Origin: Methanotrichaceae archaeon
GTDB taxonomy: Archaea; Halobacteriota; Methanosarcinia; Methanotrichales; Methanotrichaceae
Reading direction: 5' to 3'
Length of the DNA stretch: 64,000 bases
Assembly (NCBI GenBank): GCA_963803145.1
Contig: CAWDLW010000018.1
Location: 97,383-161,382 of the forward strand
The notes beneath the pieces are model-generated. The model saw only the letters and a program-made list of their open reading frames with translations. It was not told where the DNA came from and did not search any database. A program made the position numbers and the translations under genes. The first letter of the stretch is position 1. The number at the start of each line of letters is the position of its first letter. Shown here piece by piece: positions 33,396-40,988 of this stretch.

Positions 33396-33610
33396 GTAAT
33401 CGAGCCGCAGGCGGGCCAGCGCCGATCCACAGCGCCCCTCCGAGGAGCCTATCACCGCAGTGTTGGCCGGTCCCGCCCAGAGCCTCGATGTGCAGCCCGG
33501 CCCAAGGCAGCACCGCACTGGTATTTAGCTGGTATTTAGCTGTTATTTATCACAGCTTCCGTTTTACGGGAACTTAACATCTTAGATGCTGAGCCTGCTA
33601 CCGCCTTTCC
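33396..33610 (-). ncRNA. Unidentified structured ncRNA candidate (copy 2, ~215-235 nt)
   Basis: Homologous to 31954-32154 with stem-compatible substitutions and a C(UGCG)G loop. It has its own upstream TATA-like element. Confidence 0.65.
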
Positions 33611-33612
33611 GG

Positions 33613-33681
33613 TTCTGTTGCATATTGGGGTGCTACGCCAAAAGTGATAGTTAAAGGATAGTGATTTTTCTAGCCACCACC
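33613..33681. repeat. 69-bp direct repeat copy A (contains minus-strand TATA-like CTTTAACT)
   Basis: Matches 34489-34557 with 2 mismatches. Confidence 0.9.
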
Positions 33682-33707
33682 ACCTTAATGCAACACTACA
33701 GATTCTT

Positions 33708-34457
33708 CTACTGCTCTATCGACGCATTATTCGTCGCCCCTATCTGGGTGGCACTCTCTGGGAAGATATAGCTCACCCAGCAAAGAGCCACCAGCGATGT
33801 GCCGTAATTCTTCTGCACCTGCAAGTAGTCAATGGCGTAGGCTGGCTTGGAGAAATTATATTGGCTGGCGTTGTACCTCCTATTCACCTCTCCCATCAGG
33901 GAGGAGTTCAGACCATTCTCGGCATTATCTTTAGCCTTCTCTTCGGACACTATCTGATTTTCATACCTTTTCTTGTACTCAGCCGCAAGCCCGCCGATGA
34001 GCTCTCCCTCTTGGTTTCTCACCCAGATTCTGCCTACGCCTGTGCAAAGAGTATCACCCATCACGCCGTTGAGATCTGACATGATGGTCTCAATAACTGC
34101 CCCATGGTGGAAGTACTTCCTTGCCGTCTCCAAAGGTATCTCTTTCGATTCTGGTGGAAGCACCGAGGTATACTTGAGAACATTAAAGTTCTCAATGCTG
34201 GCATTCATCAGTGCCAGGTCGTAAGATCCTGTCTCCCAAGGATCGTCGCCGGGGCCAATATCGGTATCGCTGTGGCCGGAGGTGACGAAGTACTCATAGG
34301 GTATTCTATTTCCGAGGACTTGACCATACACTGTGCTCGTGTTATCCTCGGACTGCAACCCTTTAGCCAAGGCCATGCCTGCCAGGGAGGAGGCAAGGAT
34401 GGCCATCGAACAGATCAATGATATGAATGCTGCTCTTCTCATAAGATACTGTCCCAT
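33708..34457 (-). CDS. Pyruvoyl-dependent arginine decarboxylase family protein with N-terminal signal peptide
   Basis: YFVTSG...SYDLALMNASIENFNVLKYT/SVLPP (Thr-Ser self-cleavage site)...YGTSLVALCW; hydrophobic N-terminal extension. Confidence 0.82.
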   Translation of the reverse strand: MGQYLMRRAAFISLICSMAILASSLAGMALAKGLQSEDNTSTVYGQVLGNRIPYEYFVTSGHSDTDIGPGDDPWETGSYDLALMNASIENFNVLKYTSVLPPESKEIPLETARKYFHHGAVIETIMSDLNGVMGDTLCTGVGRIWVRNQEGELIGGLAAEYKKRYENQIVSEEKAKDNAENGLNSSLMGEVNRRYNASQYNFSKPAYAIDYLQVQKNYGTSLVALCWVSYIFPESATQIGATNNASIEQ

Positions 34458-34488
34458 CGTTCAAGATTAAATATGTATATCCGACTGA

Positions 34489-34557
34489 TTCTGTTGCATA
34501 TTGGGGTGTTACGCCAAAAGTGATAGTTAAAGGATAGTGATTTTTCTAGTCACCACC
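34489..34557. repeat. 69-bp direct repeat copy B
   Basis: Matches 33613-33681. Confidence 0.9.
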
Positions 34558-34699
34558 CCCAGATCAAAGAATGGTCTTTGATCCGAGGGCAATAAACGGG
34601 AAAATGAAGAAGTGAAAAGCTGCGATATATCTTGGGATTTGGCCATAATTTCATGCTGCGAGAGAATGCTCGAACTCACAGAAATTCGCAAAGTTGAGA

Positions 34700-34982
34700 T
34701 TACTCCAGCTTCTCGATACCTACCTTCTTGACCTTCGGCTTCCAGATCTTATCCGGCTATCCAGGCTGGGACGTTTGCGGGCTTGGCGATCTGCACACGC
34801 TCTCCCTGGAATATGTGCAGCTTCTGCGTGCCACGCTCACGGAGCTTGATATCCGTAAAGCCCCTATTGGCTGCTTTCAGTGCTGCCTGCCTGGGCGATT
34901 TTCCGGTGAAGACTGCATTCTCTTCGCCCTTCTGATCTCTGAGGGCGAAGTTTCTGGGCTTCTTTTCTTCCTTATCGGCTAT
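34700..34982 (-). pseudogene. MC1 paralog, apparently inactivated
   Basis: Near-identical to 32823-33104, but the start ATG reads ATA and a 1-bp insertion near 34758 gives PAWIAG* instead of PAWMPDKIWKP. Confidence 0.8.
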
Positions 34983-35185
34983 GATGATTCCTCCCACACA
35001 ATGATTGAGGTCTTAGAGGGTTAGCGTGATATTAATTTAATCCAGAGATTGCTAGCTTTTTGGTTTAAGCTGCCATAGATTATGGATATTTACTCAAAAA
35101 TTAAGTGCAATATAGTAAAACACTATTGTTATATATTGAATGGGACTCAGGGGTAATTGAATAACGGATTAGGGGAGTAAACCAG

Positions 35186-36271
35186 ATGCAGTTGGTGATC
35201 AACACATATGGATCATATCTCAGGAAGAGCGGAAACTGTTTTTTAGTAAAGAAAGAGGATAAAAGCTTCGAGGTGGCGGTCGGCAAAGTCAACAGCATAT
35301 TGATTACCACTGCGGCGTACATAACAACAGATGCAATAAAGCTGGCAGTTGACAATAACATAGACATAGTTTTTCTTGATGCTCATGGAGACCCTTATGG
35401 GAGGGTGTGGCATCCCAAGCTCGGAAGCACCAACCTGATCAGGAGAATGCAGCTTGAGATCTATGATACATCTGAAGGATTGAATCTGGCAAAGGAATGG
35501 GGAACCAAGAAGCTGAAAAATCAGATAGACCTTCTGAGCAGGCTCAAAAAGGCTAGGGAAGAACAAAGAGACGAGATCGAGAATTACATCCAGGAGATGG
35601 AGCACTCCAAAGAGCAGATGCAGAAGCTTAGAGGCAACATCGAGGCGAGGAGGCAGGACATCCTGGGCCTGGAGGGCAATGCATCGAGGGCCTACTTCGA
35701 GGCCATCTCCTCAATCATGCCTGAGCGGTACAAGTTTCATGGCCGGAGCAGAAACCCTGCGAAGGATGAGTTCAACGCTCTGCTGAACTACGGCTACGGC
35801 ATCCTCTACTCTTTAGTCGAAAAAGCCTGCATCATCGCTGGCCTTGATCCATATGTCGGATTTCTTCACACAGACAGCTACAACAAAAAGTCGCTGGTCT
35901 TCGACATCATAGAGATGTTCAGGATCTATGTGGATGAGACCGTTGTTTATCTTTTCACAAGAAGGATGGTGAAGGAGGAATACTTCGAGAAGCTGGAGCA
36001 GGGCCTCGGACTCAGCAAGGAGGGAAAGGCAGTTTTGATCGAGGCCATCAACAAAGCTCTGGATGAGCCGATTGAGTACCGGGGAAGAAACATAAAGAGA
36101 CGGAATACCATCCAGATGGAGTGCCACAGGATAGCCAACAATCTTATCAGGCCCAACCAGGAGCTTCCTGAGGATTTCGATCTTGAGATCTCCGAAGATT
36201 TATTGACTGACAGGCCAGAGCCCAAAGGGAACGAGAGCGGGAAAGGTGATAGAGGATGCTCGTCTGGGTGA
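35186..36271 (+). CDS. cas1: CRISPR-associated Cas1
   Basis: LGLEGNASRAYF, NALLNYGYGILY, GLDPYVGFLH and SLVFDIIEMFR motifs. Confidence 0.97.
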   Translation: MQLVINTYGSYLRKSGNCFLVKKEDKSFEVAVGKVNSILITTAAYITTDAIKLAVDNNIDIVFLDAHGDPYGRVWHPKLGSTNLIRRMQLEIYDTSEGLNLAKEWGTKKLKNQIDLLSRLKKAREEQRDEIENYIQEMEHSKEQMQKLRGNIEARRQDILGLEGNASRAYFEAISSIMPERYKFHGRSRNPAKDEFNALLNYGYGILYSLVEKACIIAGLDPYVGFLHTDSYNKKSLVFDIIEMFRIYVDETVVYLFTRRMVKEEYFEKLEQGLGLSKEGKAVLIEAINKALDEPIEYRGRNIKRRNTIQMECHRIANNLIRPNQELPEDFDLEISEDLLTDRPEPKGNESGKGDRGCSSG

Positions 36272-36543
36272 TCTACGACATATCGGAGAACAGGATAAGA
36301 AGCCGCGTGGCGAAGATCTGCAAGGGCTACGGCCTGTTCCGTGTCCAGAAGAGCGCTTTCCTTGGAGACCTGAACAAGAACGAGGCCGATTCCCTTACCC
36401 TGGAGTGCGAAGCATCCATAAAAGAGTCTGATTCTGTCTATGTCTTTCCCATGTGTGAGGATTGCTTCGGCAAGATTAAGCTGATCGGCGCAGGGTTTGA
36501 TAGAGAGCTGGTGAGCGGAATGACGATCACGAAGGTTTTCTGA
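36256..36543 (+). CDS. cas2: CRISPR-associated Cas2
   Basis: VIYDISENRIRSRVAKICKGYGLFRVQKSAF. Confidence 0.96.
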   Translation: MLVWVIYDISENRIRSRVAKICKGYGLFRVQKSAFLGDLNKNEADSLTLECEASIKESDSVYVFPMCEDCFGKIKLIGAGFDRELVSGMTITKVF

Positions 36544-36556
36544 GCGGTGGGCGAGA

Positions 36557-37201
36557 ATGGAAGCAGATGCCAAAGAACCGGAGACTAAGCTGGAACCGGA
36601 GCCTGAGCCGGTGGCGGAATCTGAGGTATTCGTTACGGTTTCAGATGCTTTGGAATACTTATTCTGCCCCAGGTTCATTTTCTTCATGCACTGCCTTAGA
36701 ATTGCTCAGAGAGAAGAGCGCAGATACAAAGTCCTGAAGGGCAGAGAGCTTCATGAGAGCCGAGAGAAGGTAAACCGGGATTATGTAAGAAAGAGGCTCA
36801 ACTGCATCAGGAAAGATATCTCTGTTTATCTCACCTCAAAGAGCCTGCACCTCAAGGGAGAGGTCGATGAAGTTCTTTTCTTAGAAGATGGGACGGCTGC
36901 GCCGATCGACTACAAATACGCCGAGTTCAAGGAGACGCTCTACAGGACGCACAAGTATCAGGCGGCCCTTTATGCCCTGCTGATCATGAGCCACTATGGA
37001 GTCGATGTGAAGCGAGGCTTTGTGTGCTATACCAGGAGCAACCACCATGTGGAGGAGATAACCTTCAGCCAAAAGGATTTTGAACGTGCACGATTAATGG
37101 TGGCCGAGATATTAGCCATAATACAGAGAGGGTACTATCCTGAGGGGACGAAGCAGAGGGCGAGGTGCGTGGATTGCACGTATAGGAATATTTGTGTTTG
37201 A
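36557..37201 (+). CDS. cas4: CRISPR-associated Cas4
   Basis: YLFCPR, GEVDEV..PIDYK, QAALYA and C-terminal C..C.Y...C motifs. Confidence 0.95.
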   Translation: MEADAKEPETKLEPEPEPVAESEVFVTVSDALEYLFCPRFIFFMHCLRIAQREERRYKVLKGRELHESREKVNRDYVRKRLNCIRKDISVYLTSKSLHLKGEVDEVLFLEDGTAAPIDYKYAEFKETLYRTHKYQAALYALLIMSHYGVDVKRGFVCYTRSNHHVEEITFSQKDFERARLMVAEILAIIQRGYYPEGTKQRARCVDCTYRNICV

Positions 37202-37274
37202 TTGATTTGAGGAGATCCAAGGTGAGCATGTACGGAAATGCCTATATCCCTTGTAGCGAAAATAAAGAGATAGA

Positions 37275-37388
37275 TAGGAGAATAATTTCCCTTGTAACAA
37301 GGATTGAAACAGTATTAAGGCAGTATGCTGCAGCTCAATTGGTTTCGCCTTTTCTGAAAATTGATTCCATCATAACAAGGATGAAGTC
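37275..37388 (+). CRISPR. Degenerate mini-array (repeat-spacer-repeat), crRNA-like regulatory RNA candidate
   Basis: Pseudo-repeat 37275-37310 ends AACAAGGATTGAAAC. Spacer is 37311-37352. Second pseudo-repeat 37353-37388 contains ATTCCATCATAACAAGGAT. Confidence 0.8.
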
Positions 37389-37415
37389 GATTAGAGGTTT
37401 GTTGCATTTAATCAT

Positions 37416-37442
37416 GGAAAGTTTTAAGTATTAAGGCGGTAT
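37416..37442 (+). promoter_or_regulatory. cas8b operon promoter (BRE GGAAAG + TATA TTTTAAGT) overlapping the mini-array spacer target
   Basis: About 45 bp upstream of the cas8b TTG start; 37427-37442 matches spacer 37311-37326 at 15 of 16 positions. Confidence 0.75.
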
Positions 37443-37466
37443 AATCTACACTCTGGTGGTGTCTAA

Positions 37467-39344
37467 TTGATTGAAGCGGTAAGCAAAATCGGTGACTATG
37501 TCCTTCAAAAAAATAGCGGTGGCGGAGATTCACTTTCCACATATATAGAAAATCCCAATAGCAACGGAAAATATAAATCAGCGTTGATAATTTTACTAAA
37601 AGAGAACAATGGGACGTATTCTTTTAGCCGTGTAGTGCTCGATGAATTTAAAAGTGATTTTAGTCTATATTTATACAAAAAAGGCGCTCCGAATGGCACC
37701 GATGCGACACCTACTAGTAAATTAGCAGGCAATTTAGAGAAGACCTTCCAGAACAGGTTCTTAAAATGGTTCGAGAATTATGATAGCTATGACATATCTA
37801 ATGAAGAGAAAGATGCCCTTAAAAAGATGAATACGGCAATCAGTGATCAAAAAGATAGAATATTGGCAGAACTACAAGAAAAGTACTCTCAAAAAGATCC
37901 TAAAAATAACGCTATCATCACATTGGGATTTGAAAAAAATGAGAATTATTCTTATCTCAATGAGTGTCCGATTTTCAAGAAGATCTTGCTTCGAATGGGC
38001 AAGGACAAGTATTTTCTCAAGAAATCTCAAGGTGAGTCAATAGGAAAAGAGGCTGCTTGTTCAGTTTGCAAAATGACAAAAGATGAGGTCTACGGCTTCG
38101 CAATTCCCTGGACATTCCACACTTTTGATAAGCCCGGATTTATTGCAGGAGGGTTCAATGTTAGTGAATCCTGGAAGAACACTCCGGTTTGCTTTGACTG
38201 CGCCACTCGCTTGGAGGTGGGCAAGAAGTTCATCGAAGAACGACTCGATTTTGGCTTTTACGGCTTCAGATATTTGCTCGTGCCAAAGCTGGCGAAAGGT
38301 GGCGATTTTCAAGATGTTCTGAGCATCTTGGGCGGAAAGGATCAAAAAAGGAAGCTAAAAATAAACAAAGAAATTAGGAGCAACATAACTTCAGATGAAG
38401 AGGAGATTCTCGACCTCGTCAAAGATAAAAAAGACTTTATCAGCAACAGCCTGATGTTTTATAAAAAGGAACAATCATCATACAGAATCTTGCTTCTCAT
38501 CGAGGAAATTCTGCCATCTCGTCTGAAAGCCCTTTTCGATACCAAAGACAAAGTGGACGAGAGGTTTAAGACCTATAACGATCTACTCTTGAATGAATCG
38601 CAGAAAGAGAAGAACCATCTCGAATTCAATTTTGGTGTCCTGAGGAGATTCTTCCCGCAAGAGTCCAAGAATAGAACATTTGATAAAATTTTCTTAGAGA
38701 TAGTCAATAAGATCTTTGTTGGAGATCAAATTGATTATTATCTATTGATAGATTTTATAATGAGAAGAGCTAGAGAAGCGTTCATCGAAGGCTACCCCAC
38801 AAATATTGCCACATTGAATGGCTTCCTGTTATTGCATTACCTAAGAGAGCTTAATCTTTTCAGAGATTCAAAGGAGGATATGAAAGAAATGGATGATAAG
38901 GGAAGTGGAATGAGATCTATCGAAAATCTTGAAGGTCTCCAGATTGAGGAAAAAGTCGAAAGATTCTTTGAGGCTAATCAGTCGTTCTTTACGAGCGAAT
39001 CAAAGAAAGCAACATTCCTGGAAGGAGTTCTCGCTCAAAATCTGCTCAATATTCAGTGGACGGACAAAAAGGCTACGCCATTCCGCACCAAATTGCATGG
39101 CTTGAAAATGAATGAAGCGCTCATCAAAAGACTTCTCCCAGATATCCAGAACAAGCTGGAGGAATATGGGAAGAATTACTACCGAGATTTGGAATCAATC
39201 ATTGCATATCACTTTGTCTTGGCGGGAGTCAATTGGAAAGAAGCGGATGATGAGCTAAGCTTTTATTTTGTTCTGGGTATGGATATGCACAGACTGTTCA
39301 AGAATGCAAAAGAGGATGAAGAAAAAATCGGTGGGGAGGCATAA
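37467..39344 (+). CDS. cas8b: Type I-B Cas8b (Csh1-like)
   Basis: CSVC..FHTFDKPGFIAGGF..PVCFDC motifs and C-terminal FYFVLGM; sits before cas7. Confidence 0.9.
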   Translation: MIEAVSKIGDYVLQKNSGGGDSLSTYIENPNSNGKYKSALIILLKENNGTYSFSRVVLDEFKSDFSLYLYKKGAPNGTDATPTSKLAGNLEKTFQNRFLKWFENYDSYDISNEEKDALKKMNTAISDQKDRILAELQEKYSQKDPKNNAIITLGFEKNENYSYLNECPIFKKILLRMGKDKYFLKKSQGESIGKEAACSVCKMTKDEVYGFAIPWTFHTFDKPGFIAGGFNVSESWKNTPVCFDCATRLEVGKKFIEERLDFGFYGFRYLLVPKLAKGGDFQDVLSILGGKDQKRKLKINKEIRSNITSDEEEILDLVKDKKDFISNSLMFYKKEQSSYRILLLIEEILPSRLKALFDTKDKVDERFKTYNDLLLNESQKEKNHLEFNFGVLRRFFPQESKNRTFDKIFLEIVNKIFVGDQIDYYLLIDFIMRRAREAFIEGYPTNIATLNGFLLLHYLRELNLFRDSKEDMKEMDDKGSGMRSIENLEGLQIEEKVERFFEANQSFFTSESKKATFLEGVLAQNLLNIQWTDKKATPFRTKLHGLKMNEALIKRLLPDIQNKLEEYGKNYYRDLESIIAYHFVLAGVNWKEADDELSFYFVLGMDMHRLFKNAKEDEEKIGGEA

Positions 39345-39346
39345 AA

Positions 39347-40267
39347 ATGAGTGAAGGAGTTAAGAACAGATCAGAGATTCTTTTTCTCTACGACATAAGA
39401 GACGGAAATCCAAACGGTGATCCTTTGGACGAGAACAAACCGCGTATAGATGAAGAGACGGGCATTAACCTCGTAACTGATGTCAGGTTGAAAAGGACTA
39501 TTAGGGACTATCTTCACAATTTTAAGGGTCAAGAGATCTTTGTAAGAGAAGTGGTCTACGACCAAGAGAAAGGTCTTATCCAAGATGGAAAGATGAGAGC
39601 TGGCAACTTTGGCAATGATCCCAAGAAAATTTTGAGTGAGTGTATCGATATCCGTCTCTTTGGCGGAGTAATTCCCCTAAAAGAAGACTCTATAACTTAC
39701 ACCGGCCCAGTGCAGTTCAAGATGGGCCGATCGCTTCATCGCGTTACCATGAAGCACATCAAGGGCACGGGAGCCTTTGCTTCAAAAGAGGGCTCAAAGC
39801 AGGCGACCTTCCGTGAAGAAGATATCTTGCCTTATTCGCTCATTCTCTTTTACGGAATCATAAACGAGAACGCGGCCAAGCATACTCATCTTACTGAAGA
39901 TGACGTGAAGCTCTTGCTGGAAGGAACTTGGAATGGAACCAAGAGCCTGATCTCAAGAACCAAGGCAGGCCAGGTCCCGAGGCTTCTTCTCAAAGTCAAT
40001 TACAGCAAGGAAAACTATCACATTGGTGATCTGGATAAAATGCTCAAGCTGACAACAGAGATGCCGCACGAAAATATCCGAGGAACCGAGGACTTCAAGA
40101 TCGATATCTCGAATCTGATTGGCAAACTAGCAGCCGAGAAGAACTCTATAAGGGACATCGAGATCTGCGCCGATGATCGAATGACATTCTGCAAAGACGG
40201 CGCAAGTTTCTCTGTTGACGGGCTGGCAGCGGCAACTGGCATTGTCGTGAAGACGATAGCGTTCTGA
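39347..40267 (+). CDS. cas7: Type I-B Cas7 (Csh2)
   Basis: NPNGDPLDENKPRID, TDVRLKRTIRDY, DIRLFG and TGPVQF motifs. Confidence 0.95.
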   Translation: MSEGVKNRSEILFLYDIRDGNPNGDPLDENKPRIDEETGINLVTDVRLKRTIRDYLHNFKGQEIFVREVVYDQEKGLIQDGKMRAGNFGNDPKKILSECIDIRLFGGVIPLKEDSITYTGPVQFKMGRSLHRVTMKHIKGTGAFASKEGSKQATFREEDILPYSLILFYGIINENAAKHTHLTEDDVKLLLEGTWNGTKSLISRTKAGQVPRLLLKVNYSKENYHIGDLDKMLKLTTEMPHENIRGTEDFKIDISNLIGKLAAEKNSIRDIEICADDRMTFCKDGASFSVDGLAAATGIVVKTIAF

Positions 40268-40274
40268 GGTCCAG

Positions 40275-40988
40275 ATGGCGGAGCGAGTAATAGTATTCGA
40301 TGTGTGGGGAGACTATGCCCACTTCAGGAAGAATTACTCTACGAGCTCACCCCTCACTTATTCCTTCCCTCCCCGCACAGCCCTTTCGGGATTGATTGGA
40401 GCCATTGCGGGCCTTGATAAAGCGGATTATTTCAAGCAATTCTTTAGAGATGGTGCAAAGATAGGCTGCAAAATCATGAAGCCTGTTAAAAAGGTGAGGA
40501 TAGGCGAGAACCTGATCGATACCAAAAGCGCAGTGAAGATGCATCTGATCAAGAACCGGACACAGATCCGATTTGAGTTTGTGAAAGATCCTAAGTACAG
40601 GATTTATTTCTCGCACTCAGACGAGCAATTTTATAAAAAGCTAAAAGACCTGCTCTCAAGTCATCAATCAGTTTACACACCATGTCTAGGGCTAAGCCAA
40701 CTCATCTGCAACTTCGAGTTCGTGGGCGAATTCGAGCTTAAGGCGTCTGGAGAAGACGTCCAGATCATTGATAGCGTTGTGCCCGGAAAATTCATTCAGG
40801 AACCGGTGTTCGAGGAAGGCAAAGAGTACTTCTCCGAGGTGATGCCGTGCGAGATGGGCGAGGCAAGAGAAGTAACCGATTATCGAGAGATTCTGTTTGA
40901 GCGGAATGGAGATGGCATCAAAGCAAAGGCCAAAGAGTTGTGGGAGTTGAATAATGGCGAACGAATCGAGCGAATCGTCTTCCTTTAG
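40275..40988 (+). CDS. cas5: Type I-B Cas5
   Basis: FDVWGDYAHFRK..TSSPLTYSFPPRTALSGLIGAIAG. Confidence 0.95.
   Translation: MAERVIVFDVWGDYAHFRKNYSTSSPLTYSFPPRTALSGLIGAIAGLDKADYFKQFFRDGAKIGCKIMKPVKKVRIGENLIDTKSAVKMHLIKNRTQIRFEFVKDPKYRIYFSHSDEQFYKKLKDLLSSHQSVYTPCLGLSQLICNFEFVGEFELKASGEDVQIIDSVVPGKFIQEPVFEEGKEYFSEVMPCEMGEAREVTDYREILFERNGDGIKAKAKELWELNNGERIERIVFL

Noticed and set aside
33202-33577. Overlapping ORFs (103, 72 and 75 aa) across ncRNA copy 2
   Set aside because: The homologous copy 1 has stops and frame-breaking indels, so conservation is at the RNA level.
33596-33622. SRP helix-8-like CAGAACCGGAAAGGCGGTAGCAG on the minus strand
   Set aside because: It does not fit the CAGG/AGCA symmetric loop and is not conserved in copy 1.
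37192-37434. 80-aa ORF between cas4 and cas8b; also considered a CreT-like toxin mini-ORF there
   Set aside because: The ORF runs through both pseudo-repeats and the promoter and has no recognisable motif. No SD-AUG-rare codon pair-stop-hairpin pattern was seen.
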